Assembly: GCA_937888725.1 (NCBI GenBank)
Contig: CALARE010000005.1
Location: 2,884-66,883, forward strand
DNA length: 64,000 nt
Reading direction: 5' to 3'
Source of the DNA: an uncultured Alphaproteobacteria bacterium
GTDB lineage: Bacteria > Pseudomonadota > Alphaproteobacteria > CAAHEQ01 > UBA3637
Below are positions 53,869-63,820 of the stretch, in pieces (position 1 is the first letter of the stretch; the number at the start of each line of letters is the position of its first letter). Position numbers and translations under genes: made by a program. The notes below the pieces were generated by a model. It was given only the letters and a program-made list of their open reading frames with translations, was not told the DNA's origin and searched no databases.

Positions 53869-55659
53869 TTATGTTTCTTTTTTTGATTTAAATTGAGCCA
53901 TATAAAGTGCATGATAGGCTCCTTTTAATTCAAGAAGTTCAGTATGAGTGCCTTGTTCGATAAGGTTTCCCTCATTCACAACAATGATTTTATCGGCATT
54001 TTGAATTGTGGAAAGTCTGTGTGCAATGACAAAGACCGTTCTGTCATTCATTAAATTATCAATAGCTTGTTGAACAATCGCTTCTGATTTATTGTCAAGT
54101 GCTGATGTTGCCTCATCTAAGATAACAATGGGTGCATTTTTAACAAAGGCTCTTGCGATGGCAACGCGTTGTTTTTGTCCGCCAGAAAGAAGGACGCCTC
54201 TTTCCCCGATTTCTGTATCCAATCCTTTAGGTAGTGTTGTGATAAATTCATCTAAACAGGCAGATTTTAGGGCTTGATTAATTTCATGATCCGTTGCCTC
54301 TGGCTTGCCAAGTAAAATATTATCCCGAATAGTGCCTGCAAATAAGAAATTATCTTGAAAAACAATAGCAATTTGAGAACGTAGTGATTTAAGAGAAACA
54401 TCTTTGATGCTGATGCCATCAATTAAAATTTCACCTTGTGTGAGTTCGTAAAATCTAGGTAATAGATTGACGAGTGTTGTTTTGCCACCACCAGAGTTGC
54501 CGACAAGGGCGATCTTTTCCCCTTTATGAACAGTTAAATTTATATTGTTTAAAATGGTCTTTTTCCCATCATAGCTAAAAACAACATTTTTGTATTCAAT
54601 TTTATGTTGAATTGGCTGTAGTTCGGGAGCATCTTTTTTTTCAGAAACACTCATTTTCATTTCTAAAAAGTCAAAAACCCGTTCAATTGCCATAAATGAC
54701 ATTTGTACTGATGTGAAGTTTTTCCCAATATTTTTAACGGGTGTATAAAGCATTAAAAGAGCGGTCATAAATGCAACAAAGTCACCACTTGTGATTTGAT
54801 TGGACTTGATAAGATAGCTCCCATACCAAATCGTGCCTGCAATCCCAATAGAAATAATAATATGCATCATCGGTGAAAGCCAAGCGGTTCTTTGTGTATA
54901 TTTGATTTGCAATTTAAACATTTGCTTAAGAACATTTGAAAATTTTGAGCTTTGATGTTCTTCTAAATTGTAAGATGCAATCGTTTTAAGTCCTGCAAAT
55001 GTTTCATTAAATGCTGTTAGAACAGCACCACCAGCAATAACAGTATTGCTCATAACTTCTTTAATTTTCTTGCGAATTTTTGTGAGTGGATATAAGGCTG
55101 AGCCAAGGACAATAATAGCAATAATAGCAAGTTGCCAAGATGTATAAAACAAAACACAAATAAGTGAGAGAGAGGAGAATATTCTTGTTGTAAATACTTT
55201 TAAATTATTTAGTAATCCAGAACAGGCAAGACTTGGGTCGCTATCGCATCTAAAAACGACAAACCCAGATGTATTTTTGTCAACAAAAGCAGATTCACAA
55301 GTGACAAGTTTTTGATAAACTTTTTGCTTGACGTGACTTGTGATTTTTCCGCCAACCCATGTGTTTAAATAAGAGGCGCCATATTCAAGTGCACTTTGAA
55401 TAACTGTAAAGACAACAATAAAAACAGGGATGGTAAAAAGTGGAAGATTGAAAGGCGTTTCCCCACCTTTTTCCATAATCACCGTATCCATAAATGGCTT
55501 GAGAGAAAGGGCAATAACCGCATCCAATGACCCGATCGGAATGGTGATTAATGTTGCCATAAGAGCCCTAATCCAATAGGGTTTGATAAAGGGCCACATG
55601 CGAGAATAGTTTAATACAAATAAGTTATTTTTAAATTTATTTTTGAGCTGTGTTTGCAT
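53869..55659 (-). CDS. ABC transporter permease/ATP-binding protein, MsbA/ABCB-like
   Basis: 596 aa. A six-TM N-terminal half, Walker A GNSGGGKTT, signature LSGGQKQR and Walker B IVILDEATSALD. Confidence 0.9.
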   Translation of the reverse strand: MQTQLKNKFKNNLFVLNYSRMWPFIKPYWIRALMATLITIPIGSLDAVIALSLKPFMDTVIMEKGGETPFNLPLFTIPVFIVVFTVIQSALEYGASYLNTWVGGKITSHVKQKVYQKLVTCESAFVDKNTSGFVVFRCDSDPSLACSGLLNNLKVFTTRIFSSLSLICVLFYTSWQLAIIAIIVLGSALYPLTKIRKKIKEVMSNTVIAGGAVLTAFNETFAGLKTIASYNLEEHQSSKFSNVLKQMFKLQIKYTQRTAWLSPMMHIIISIGIAGTIWYGSYLIKSNQITSGDFVAFMTALLMLYTPVKNIGKNFTSVQMSFMAIERVFDFLEMKMSVSEKKDAPELQPIQHKIEYKNVVFSYDGKKTILNNINLTVHKGEKIALVGNSGGGKTTLVNLLPRFYELTQGEILIDGISIKDVSLKSLRSQIAIVFQDNFLFAGTIRDNILLGKPEATDHEINQALKSACLDEFITTLPKGLDTEIGERGVLLSGGQKQRVAIARAFVKNAPIVILDEATSALDNKSEAIVQQAIDNLMNDRTVFVIAHRLSTIQNADKIIVVNEGNLIEQGTHTELLELKGAYHALYMAQFKSKKET

Positions 55660-55811
55660 AATACCTCTTTTGTTCTTTTATAGTTTAGTTAAAAGGAGTA
55701 TTTTTGTCAATGTTCGGGCATTTTTAAATGAAGTTTTACATATCTTTTTGCTTGTAAATAAAAAAAAAGTGTGTTAGAAAAAATATAAAAGGGTCGTTTA
55801 AGAGGTGCGGG

Positions 55812-58800
55812 GTGCAAAAAGTTTATTTTTCATTACCTGTTTTTGCGGTGACAATGTTGGCTTTTGTGGCAAATGCAACAGAGGTTAATCTGCCAACGGC
55901 TGTCGTGTTAGATAAAACAAGCTCTTATTATGATTCTGTATCCAATAAAATTACCTATGAAAATTCAAGTGATATCGTTGCAGGATCGGGTGGAAATACG
56001 GTTTTTGTGAATGCAAAAGATATTCCAGTTGATATTAAAAATACGGGGAATATATCAGCCCCAACAGGTGGTTTTGGTATTTATGGTCATACAACCCCAA
56101 CAGTGGGTGCACCGATTTATATTGATAACCAAGGAACGATTGAAAGAATTCAATTGCAAGAGTTTGATGGTGTCACCATTTTTAACCAGTCAGAACAAGA
56201 AACGTCTGATGATTCTGAAACAGATACGGGAACTGATACTGGAACGGACACAGGAACAGATACACAAGCTGATGAAGAAAATACTGCTACTCAAGTTACG
56301 CCTGTTATAAAAGGGAGTATGTTGCTTGGAACAAATGCAATGGTTTCAAATTTTGGCGGTAGATTTGAAAATTTTGATGGAGATGATAAAAATAATACAA
56401 TTGCATTTGCAAGTAATGGTACGTTGCATAACGGTGCACAACCTATTGTTTCATCAATTAAGGATGAAGATGGGCATGAAACACTTGTTCAAACAGGGTT
56501 AAATATATTTGATTCTTCTATTACAACCGATAATATTATCTTTCTTGGAAATGGTTTTTTCTCTAATGCTTCAAAGGTTGACGTTCAATCTGTTAATATG
56601 GGGAATAATGCAACAATTCGAAATGTGGTTGATCCCTATATTTCGAATGTTGGTGATGAAAATCTAGCTGGAAAGGTATTGCCAGATGGTGCAAATTTTA
56701 AAGCTGTCGATATTGAGGTTGGCAATAATTCAAATATTTTTAATGAAATGGGTGCGACGTTTGAAGCTGACCGCATTATAACTGGTGTAAATACAGTTAT
56801 TACAAATGGAGCAAGTTATTATTTTGATTATCTAAATCAGGTTGGAGTAACAACTGTTACAATTGATGGTGAATTAAATGATATACTTGAGGGGATAGAA
56901 GGTGTTTTGGGCGGTGTATTGGGTGATTTAATATCATCACCAACAACTGAAACAACACCTAATTTAGGTATAACAACGAATACGACTTATTTCCCTGTTC
57001 CAAAAATTCCACATGCATCGCAAATGAATGTTGAACAGCTTGTTATGGGTGAAAATTCAAGCTTGATTAATAATGGAAATAGCGTCTATCAAGGTAATAC
57101 AATTGATTTTAAAGATTCGGGGCAATTAACTATACAAGCTGGTAGTGTTAATTTAACGGGCGATTTAACTTTTGAAAATAATGGTTCAATTCTTGTTTCA
57201 ACAATTTATCAACCTTCCGTATATGTTCCACAACTAAAAGATTCAGCAGAGGATGAGAGTGGGACAGATGATACGACAGGTACCTTACCTGATGAAAATG
57301 GAACAGCTCAATCAAATATAATGACAATTGATGAAATAGATGATACGTTGGAAACAATTACGCCAGTCGCAGGGACATTAACACCTGAAGCAATTGATGT
57401 TTTGATGGGTGTACTAAGAGATGGGAGTGATTTATCTGAAGCTGAATTGGCACGTATTGAAGCTGAATTAAAAGCGGATAGTGAATTGAATCCTGATAAA
57501 CAATATACAGCTGAAGAAATACAAAATATTATTAATGATGCAATTAATGGTGTTGGTGGTGGCACATCAGGAGGGGGATCTTCTGGTGGTTCAGATAGTG
57601 ATACATCAGATGATGGAGATGGGGATGGCTCAGGCGGTGGGTCACAAATACCTGATGATAATCCGTCAGCAGGCACAGGTGCTCCAACTGTTCCAGATGA
57701 ATTAAAAGATTATGTTGAATATAAAGAAGTTTTGTCTGGAACCTTTTATGATGCAAGTCTTAAAGCTGAAAATATAAAAATGGGAGATAATGGCAATATT
57801 ACTGTAACAGGGGGTACACTCAATACAAAACGAATTGATATGGGTGATAATGCCGTTCTTACCATTCAATCAGCAGCCTATTCTTTAGGTGAAGGTGGCA
57901 TGACAGATGGATCGGGTTCTGATTTGACGGATGGCGAGAAAGCTGATTTTATACTACCTAGTGTTTCTGTATCAGAAGGCATTTATTTGGGGAATTCTTC
58001 AACATTGAATCTTGATGATAGGGCTTATCAAGATGGTGATGAAAAAATGGCCGTTATTTTAACTCCTTCAATTAATTTTAAAGCTGATGGTCGCATTGCG
58101 TTGAATGGTGATTTTACACTCTATGCCGATAGTGAAAAACAAACACTAGGACAAATTAATATGGCTGAACGAGGCTTTATTCAAGCCCTTGCAAAATTAA
58201 AAGCTGATATTACTTTAGGTTCGGATTCAAATGTATTATTGTCTAATCAGCAAGAAGAAGATGAAGACGGAGAAGATTCTTCTGCTGCTATTTGTAATCA
58301 TTGTTATCAAGCTGGGACGATTTTAGGTTCACTTAAAAAAGCTGAAGGAGCCAAAAATGTACACATTACTGTGGATGTGGATGAAGCTCATTTTGCAAAA
58401 TTAGATGGTGATATTAATGTTGATTCGATTTTGGTTGATGTTGGTTTGTTAGAAGCAGCTGGTGAGGTGAAAGGCAATATCTATTTAAATACGGATACAA
58501 CATTCAGAGTAACAAGTTCATCCATTAAAGATGGTCCATTAATTATTTATGATCCAATTACTCGTCTTGATAATACAACAAATACAACTTTAGAAGTCTT
58601 GTTGAATAATAATGAATTTTACAAGACAACCAATACAATTAATGTTGAAAATTTGATTGTTCATCAAGGCGGGATTGAAGTTAATAAACCTGTTTGGATT
58701 GATAATGTCAAATTGAATGATAACACAACTATTCGTTTGACGGATAATTTTAAAATTGGGGAAATTAAAGAGTTTGATGGAGATGCGGTTAATACGACAC

Positions 58801-60881
58801 TTGAAATTGATGCAAATGGAAAAAGTGTAAATTCATCTGGTGATGTTTATGTTGATAGAATTTTAGTTTCAAGTGGTAATTATAATGCATTGCATGAAAT
58901 TAATATAGCCTCCACATCGGCAAATGCTGTTTATCCAACCTCATTTGAAGAGGGGGTTGAACTTGGTTCAGGTGCTTCATTAACAGCATATGCGGATATC
59001 TCTGTGCCACGAATTGTACGAGATCAAACAAAATTATCCAATGGGGAAGAAGTTTTAAACACGACATTGAATGTGAACTCAAATCATTTTGAAGTCCGTG
59101 GGAATGTTGATGTTGATAATTTAAATATGAATGGTGGTGTGTTTGAGTTCTTAAATGAAGCTGGGTCAAATGCGGTCAATGTGACTAACAATATTCATTT
59201 AAAACCCTATGCTGCGTTGGCAGGAAGTGGTATTTTAAATGTCAAAAGTGGTCTATTGACTATTGATGAAAATTCAAGACTTGCCGTTTCAAATAAAAGT
59301 GTTGATGAAACGCCTTTATCTGAGTTAAAAATTGTGTCCTCTAATGATACAATTATTAATTCAGCAGCTTCATATACAACGAAAGATTTGACAGTTAAAA
59401 CAGATTCGAGTGGTTATATTGATGTCCGTGCAAAAGGAGCCAATAGTGATAAGATAACGGTTGAAGGAACTTTTGATTTAGCTGATGGCACACGAATAAT
59501 TGTGCGTGATATTGAGGCAAATCAATCCTATGAAATTTTGTCTGCAAATGAGTTAAATGCAAATGCAGATAAATTAAGGACGACATTTTTATGGAAAGGG
59601 ACAAAGCTTTCTACGAACAATAATACATTATCAGTTCAAATAGATGGTGTTCAAACGTTAAAAGAAGGTTTAGAACCCACAAAACGTTCTAAAAATGTGG
59701 ACGAGCTGACAAATCTTTTAACCAGCTTAAGAGAAAGTGAAGGGGCTTATACAATCGATCCTTTTATTGACAATGTTTATTTTGCATCATCAGCAGATGA
59801 AGCGGTTGAAATATTAGATGAATATTCACCAGAAGGTTACCTAAATACATTACATGCAGCGAATCGGATGCAAAGCGTATTTAAGGATAGTGTAATGTCT
59901 GAAATGAATGCTATGCGTAATTATCGTGTTAAACATGACATGGCAAGAGGATATTATGTCAGACAGCCGTATTATTATGGTCGCCCAGGATATGAACGCT
60001 ATTATCAAGGATTTAGATATGTAAGACAAAATCCTTATGGACAAAGACGAACAGATAGAGGTGGTTTATGGGCAAAACCTTTTGCTGTATCCGTTAGTCA
60101 GGATAATAAAGATAATCAATCAGGATATGATTTTGATGCGTATGGGTTTACCGCAGGTATTGACCGTAAAGTTGGTGTTTTAACTCTTGGGTTGGCAGCA
60201 ATGTATGCAACTGGTGATATGGAACAAAAAAATAAAAAATTTGAATCTGATATGACAACATACGGTTTGGGTGTTTATGCGAGTGTTAATCCACATTATT
60301 CACGTACATTTATGGATTTTTATGCATTGTGGAGTGAAACATCTAATTCAACAAGTCGAAAGATTACTTCGTTAGCTGAAACAGCCAAAGCTGATTTTGA
60401 TGTATCTGCTTTTTCAATTGGAGCTGACTTGGGATATGAAATCATGGTAACACGCAACTTTATCATTACACCAAAAATTGGTTTAGATTATACCTCAATA
60501 GAAATGGATGATGTAATGGAAAAAGGAACAGGTTACGCATTAACGAATTTGAAAGGCTCTGATTTACAATCTATTCAAACACCAATTGAATTAAAAGCCG
60601 CTCTTGATTTTGGCAATCCTTTCTTTCGATTTAAACCAGAGGCTCATATCAGATGGACGCATGAATTTGGTGATACGGCCTCAAAATCAACTGCAACATT
60701 TGTTAAATATGCCTCTCCATTTGCTGTTGAAGGGTTAAATGTTGATACAGATACGTTTACAGTGGGTGGATCGCTTTTATGGCTTTATGGCATGTCAGAA
60801 TTAGAGTTGAAATATGATTATGATTTCTCATCATCAATGACGGGACACACCATCAATATGGGATACAAATATTTATTCTAG
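55812..60881 (+). CDS. Large autotransporter (type Va) with a ~1400-aa passenger
   Basis: GTG start with an AAGAGG RBS. Signal peptide MQKVYFSLPVFAVTMLAFVANA. Asn/Gly/Thr-rich, beta-helix-like passenger. C-terminal beta-domain from about 60040 (GGLWAKPFAVSVSQDNKDNQSGYDFDAYGFTAGIDRK ...) ending in ...MGYKYLF. Confidence 0.85.
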   Translation: MQKVYFSLPVFAVTMLAFVANATEVNLPTAVVLDKTSSYYDSVSNKITYENSSDIVAGSGGNTVFVNAKDIPVDIKNTGNISAPTGGFGIYGHTTPTVGAPIYIDNQGTIERIQLQEFDGVTIFNQSEQETSDDSETDTGTDTGTDTGTDTQADEENTATQVTPVIKGSMLLGTNAMVSNFGGRFENFDGDDKNNTIAFASNGTLHNGAQPIVSSIKDEDGHETLVQTGLNIFDSSITTDNIIFLGNGFFSNASKVDVQSVNMGNNATIRNVVDPYISNVGDENLAGKVLPDGANFKAVDIEVGNNSNIFNEMGATFEADRIITGVNTVITNGASYYFDYLNQVGVTTVTIDGELNDILEGIEGVLGGVLGDLISSPTTETTPNLGITTNTTYFPVPKIPHASQMNVEQLVMGENSSLINNGNSVYQGNTIDFKDSGQLTIQAGSVNLTGDLTFENNGSILVSTIYQPSVYVPQLKDSAEDESGTDDTTGTLPDENGTAQSNIMTIDEIDDTLETITPVAGTLTPEAIDVLMGVLRDGSDLSEAELARIEAELKADSELNPDKQYTAEEIQNIINDAINGVGGGTSGGGSSGGSDSDTSDDGDGDGSGGGSQIPDDNPSAGTGAPTVPDELKDYVEYKEVLSGTFYDASLKAENIKMGDNGNITVTGGTLNTKRIDMGDNAVLTIQSAAYSLGEGGMTDGSGSDLTDGEKADFILPSVSVSEGIYLGNSSTLNLDDRAYQDGDEKMAVILTPSINFKADGRIALNGDFTLYADSEKQTLGQINMAERGFIQALAKLKADITLGSDSNVLLSNQQEEDEDGEDSSAAICNHCYQAGTILGSLKKAEGAKNVHITVDVDEAHFAKLDGDINVDSILVDVGLLEAAGEVKGNIYLNTDTTFRVTSSSIKDGPLIIYDPITRLDNTTNTTLEVLLNNNEFYKTTNTINVENLIVHQGGIEVNKPVWIDNVKLNDNTTIRLTDNFKIGEIKEFDGDAVNTTLEIDANGKSVNSSGDVYVDRILVSSGNYNALHEINIASTSANAVYPTSFEEGVELGSGASLTAYADISVPRIVRDQTKLSNGEEVLNTTLNVNSNHFEVRGNVDVDNLNMNGGVFEFLNEAGSNAVNVTNNIHLKPYAALAGSGILNVKSGLLTIDENSRLAVSNKSVDETPLSELKIVSSNDTIINSAASYTTKDLTVKTDSSGYIDVRAKGANSDKITVEGTFDLADGTRIIVRDIEANQSYEILSANELNANADKLRTTFLWKGTKLSTNNNTLSVQIDGVQTLKEGLEPTKRSKNVDELTNLLTSLRESEGAYTIDPFIDNVYFASSADEAVEILDEYSPEGYLNTLHAANRMQSVFKDSVMSEMNAMRNYRVKHDMARGYYVRQPYYYGRPGYERYYQGFRYVRQNPYGQRRTDRGGLWAKPFAVSVSQDNKDNQSGYDFDAYGFTAGIDRKVGVLTLGLAAMYATGDMEQKNKKFESDMTTYGLGVYASVNPHYSRTFMDFYALWSETSNSTSRKITSLAETAKADFDVSAFSIGADLGYEIMVTRNFIITPKIGLDYTSIEMDDVMEKGTGYALTNLKGSDLQSIQTPIELKAALDFGNPFFRFKPEAHIRWTHEFGDTASKSTATFVKYASPFAVEGLNVDTDTFTVGGSLLWLYGMSELELKYDYDFSSSMTGHTINMGYKYLF
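56217..56270 (+). repeat. In-frame 12-nt tandem repeat encoding (TDTG)n within the autotransporter
   Basis: GATACGGGAACT GATACTGGAACG GACACAGGAACA GATACACAA encodes ETDTGTDTGTDTGTDTQ. Confidence 0.7.
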
Positions 60882-61000
60882 AATGAGAAGTATTTTTAGT
60901 GCATAAAAAAGCATTTTTTATGTTTTAAGCTTGCTTTTATTTTTTAAACATTTTACATTAAACGTATTGATTAAAAAATAACAATCAAAGGAGACTTTTA

Positions 61001-61921
61001 ATGTATGATAATATAGAATTCATCGTTGCTTGTGCTGGCAAAAGTACCAGAAATTACCCCCATTCAAAAGGGATTGCACATAAATGTTTGATGCCGTTTG
61101 GTGATATTCGTTTAATTGACTGTGTATTGCAAGATATTGTTCGTATGGGAGGTAGACATATCACGCTTGTTGTTTCAGACCAAACGACTATTGATGCTTT
61201 TCAAGAGGCTCTAAAAACAGATATAAAAACAGAAGAAAAATTACGCAAAGGGGGTAGGGAGCGTATCGCTGATGTGTTGCGTGTAACATTCTTACCAGAA
61301 GATGTTGATTTAAAATTTGTTATTCAAGAAACACCTCTTGGAACCGCACAGGTTTTAGGTTTAGCCCATCGTTTATCCCCTAACAGACATGGGGTGCTGA
61401 TTTTCCCAGATGACTTAATTGATTCAACGAAGGCGGACATTCCTTTTGTAAAAAAAATCACAGATTCTTTCTTGCAAAATACAAAACAAATTTTATTGAC
61501 GGGTATTGTAAAAGAAGATGTCAGTAATAATGCAATTATTAGTCAAAAAAGATTAATTGAAAAACCAAAAAATCCAACCAGTAATATCGCTGGTTATTCA
61601 CCTATTGTTTTACCAAAAGAATGTTTAGATGCTATTGAAAAGCAAACAACTGAAATTGAAAAAACGGGTCAGTTGCCTGCGGGATTGGCATTGGGTGAAT
61701 GGGTCTATACTGATGGTATCAATGCCTTTTTAGATAATGGTGGTGAGGAAAATGGTTTCTTTGTTGAAATGGAAATTTTGGTTCCTGAAAAATATGAAAT
61801 GATGGATACGGGAACGCTTCCTCTTTATGAAAAAGCATTGATGAGAGAACTCGTCACTCGCTCATTCTTTGCAAAAGAAAATAGGGAATATATTAGGAAA
61901 ATATTAAGAGATTTAGACTAA
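61001..61921 (+). CDS. Sugar-phosphate nucleotidyltransferase family protein (GalU/GlmU-N-like)
   Basis: N-terminal IVACAGKSTRNYPHSKGIAHKCLMPF resembles the G-x-G-T-R-x-x-P ... K nucleotidyltransferase signature, although the second Gly is replaced by Lys. Confidence 0.6.
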   Translation: MYDNIEFIVACAGKSTRNYPHSKGIAHKCLMPFGDIRLIDCVLQDIVRMGGRHITLVVSDQTTIDAFQEALKTDIKTEEKLRKGGRERIADVLRVTFLPEDVDLKFVIQETPLGTAQVLGLAHRLSPNRHGVLIFPDDLIDSTKADIPFVKKITDSFLQNTKQILLTGIVKEDVSNNAIISQKRLIEKPKNPTSNIAGYSPIVLPKECLDAIEKQTTEIEKTGQLPAGLALGEWVYTDGINAFLDNGGEENGFFVEMEILVPEKYEMMDTGTLPLYEKALMRELVTRSFFAKENREYIRKILRDLD

Positions 61922-61924
61922 TAT

Positions 61925-61960
61925 AAAAAACGGTTCATCAATTTTGATGAACCGTTTTTC
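61925..61960. terminator. Bidirectional terminator
   Basis: AACGGTTCATCA-attt-TGATGAACCGTT flanked by A6 and T5. Confidence 0.65.
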
Positions 61961-61991
61961 TATTTAATTTAAGAACCGATTAAACAATATA

Positions 61992-62456
61992 TTATTTTAA
62001 ATGAAATTCCATAGTCGTATTGTCTGTACATTCTGTAGTTGTTGTAACATAATGAAATTCGTTATTTCTAGAAGAATTTACCAGCTGTTCGCAAGGAATT
62101 TTAGGAACATTTGTATAGGTAATTATAAAACCATTTACAATCCCTTCCTCCGCTTCAGCTTGACTAACAGTAATAGCACCACCCCAACGATTAGATCCTT
62201 TTCCGTCAGTGCATTTGAGAATGCCCTCGCTACAGATAAACGTCATATCTAAGGAGCTAAAATCTCTGCTCCAAGAATATGTATCAAGGACATCTTTGGC
62301 AAGGTTGTCAATCTCAATGACTGTGGCACTGCTTCTAAAATAAGAATCAACATATCCCATTGAAGTAATGCCTGCAACGGTAATTAAACCGATAATGGCA
62401 ATAACACCAAGCATTTCAACCATGCTGCGACCAGATTGTGATGTTTTTTTTCTCAT
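61992..62456 (-). CDS. Prepilin-type N-terminal domain protein (type IV pilin-like), paralog 3
   Basis: From the ATG at 62456 (GAGG RBS): MRKKTSQSG|RSMVEMLGVIAIIGLITVAGITS. Two Cys pairs in the C-terminal half. Confidence 0.8.
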   Translation of the reverse strand: MRKKTSQSGRSMVEMLGVIAIIGLITVAGITSMGYVDSYFRSSATVIEIDNLAKDVLDTYSWSRDFSSLDMTFICSEGILKCTDGKGSNRWGGAITVSQAEAEEGIVNGFIITYTNVPKIPCEQLVNSSRNNEFHYVTTTTECTDNTTMEFHLK

Positions 62457-62587
62457 ATTAAACCTCATTAATATTAATCCCCTACTATTATTATATCTCA
62501 AAAAAATAGTTACGACAAGTACTTTGTTGTAAGATTATTTAAGAAATAAGCTTGATAAAAAAATAAAAAAGATATATAAAGAGTAAA

Positions 62588-63754
62588 ATGATAATTACAA
62601 TAACCGAAGAATTAAAAGAGATTTGTCAGCGTTTTGCGACGTATCCTTTTGTAACAGTTGATACTGAGTTTTTAAGGGAATATACATATTATTCAAAATT
62701 ATGTTTGATACAAATGGCCTCAAAAGACGAAGCTATATGCATTGACCCATTGTCAAAACAGATGGATTTAAGCCCATTGTTTGAACTAATGATGAATAAA
62801 AATGTTGTGAAAGTTTTTCATTCTGCAAGACAGGATATTGAAAATTTTTATTATTTAATGAAAAAAGTTCCAACCCCACTCTTTGATACACAAATTGCTG
62901 CAATGGTTTGCGGTTATGGTGACTGTATTGGATATCAAGAGTTGGTGCATGATCTATTAAACATTCAAATTGATAAAGGAATGCGTTATACAAATTGGGA
63001 GCAAAGGCCTTTAAATGTGGCTCAACTTGAATACGCATTAAATGATGTAACATATTTAAGAGATGTTTATCTGATTTTAAAACAGAAATTAGAAACTTCA
63101 GGCCGTTTAAATTGGATTGATGAAGAAATGGCTCTCTTAATGGATAAAGAAACGTATGACCCAAGTGATGAATCCTTGGCAAAAAAAATTAAGTATAATG
63201 TTAAATCTGAACGTTTAAAATTTTTGTATCAAGATTTATATATTTGGAGAGAGAGACGTGCTCAAAAATATAATCAATCCAAAAAACAGATTCTAAAAGA
63301 TGAATCGTTATTGGATATTACGAAGGCCCATCCTAAAACGGTTGATGAATTAAAAAATTTAAGAGGGATTCCGCAATCATTTTTTAAAAAGAATATTGCT
63401 GATGAACTTATTCGTGTTGTTAATCAATCACTTTTAAAAAATAAGGAAGATTTTTATCCGATATCCTTAATGAAAAATAAGTCTGGAGCGTGTAAGAATT
63501 TAATGATTATGTTGCATTTATTAAGGGAGTTAGTTTCGGTAAAAGAAAAAATAGCCTTTAAAATTATTGCAACAAATGATGAATTAATGGCTTTTGCTTC
63601 GGGTGATGAACGTGTCCGTTTTATGCAAAGCTGGCGTTATGACATATTTGGCAAATATGCACTTGAAATTAAAAATGGAAATTTGCTTTTTTCCTACAAT
63701 CCTAAAACCCATCAAGTTGATTTTTGTACACAAGATAGTCTTTTGGTAAAATAA
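62588..63754 (+). CDS. rnd: Ribonuclease D
   Basis: DEDD exonuclease motifs (VTVDTEFLREYTYYSKLCLIQMA, KVFHSARQDIE, YALNDVTYL) followed by an HRDC-like region. Confidence 0.9.
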   Translation: MIITITEELKEICQRFATYPFVTVDTEFLREYTYYSKLCLIQMASKDEAICIDPLSKQMDLSPLFELMMNKNVVKVFHSARQDIENFYYLMKKVPTPLFDTQIAAMVCGYGDCIGYQELVHDLLNIQIDKGMRYTNWEQRPLNVAQLEYALNDVTYLRDVYLILKQKLETSGRLNWIDEEMALLMDKETYDPSDESLAKKIKYNVKSERLKFLYQDLYIWRERRAQKYNQSKKQILKDESLLDITKAHPKTVDELKNLRGIPQSFFKKNIADELIRVVNQSLLKNKEDFYPISLMKNKSGACKNLMIMLHLLRELVSVKEKIAFKIIATNDELMAFASGDERVRFMQSWRYDIFGKYALEIKNGNLLFSYNPKTHQVDFCTQDSLLVK

Positions 63755-63820
63755 CTAACCCCTAATATAATAAATCAACTGTATAAAAAAATTATTCAAA
63801 ATGAAAAATAAATTTTTATT

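Noticed and set aside
57308-57676. 122-aa Pro/Ser-rich minus-strand ORF inside the autotransporter
   Set aside because: It is the antisense reading of the GGT/GAT/TCA-rich linker region. It has no RBS, and the sense frame is continuous for 1689 aa.
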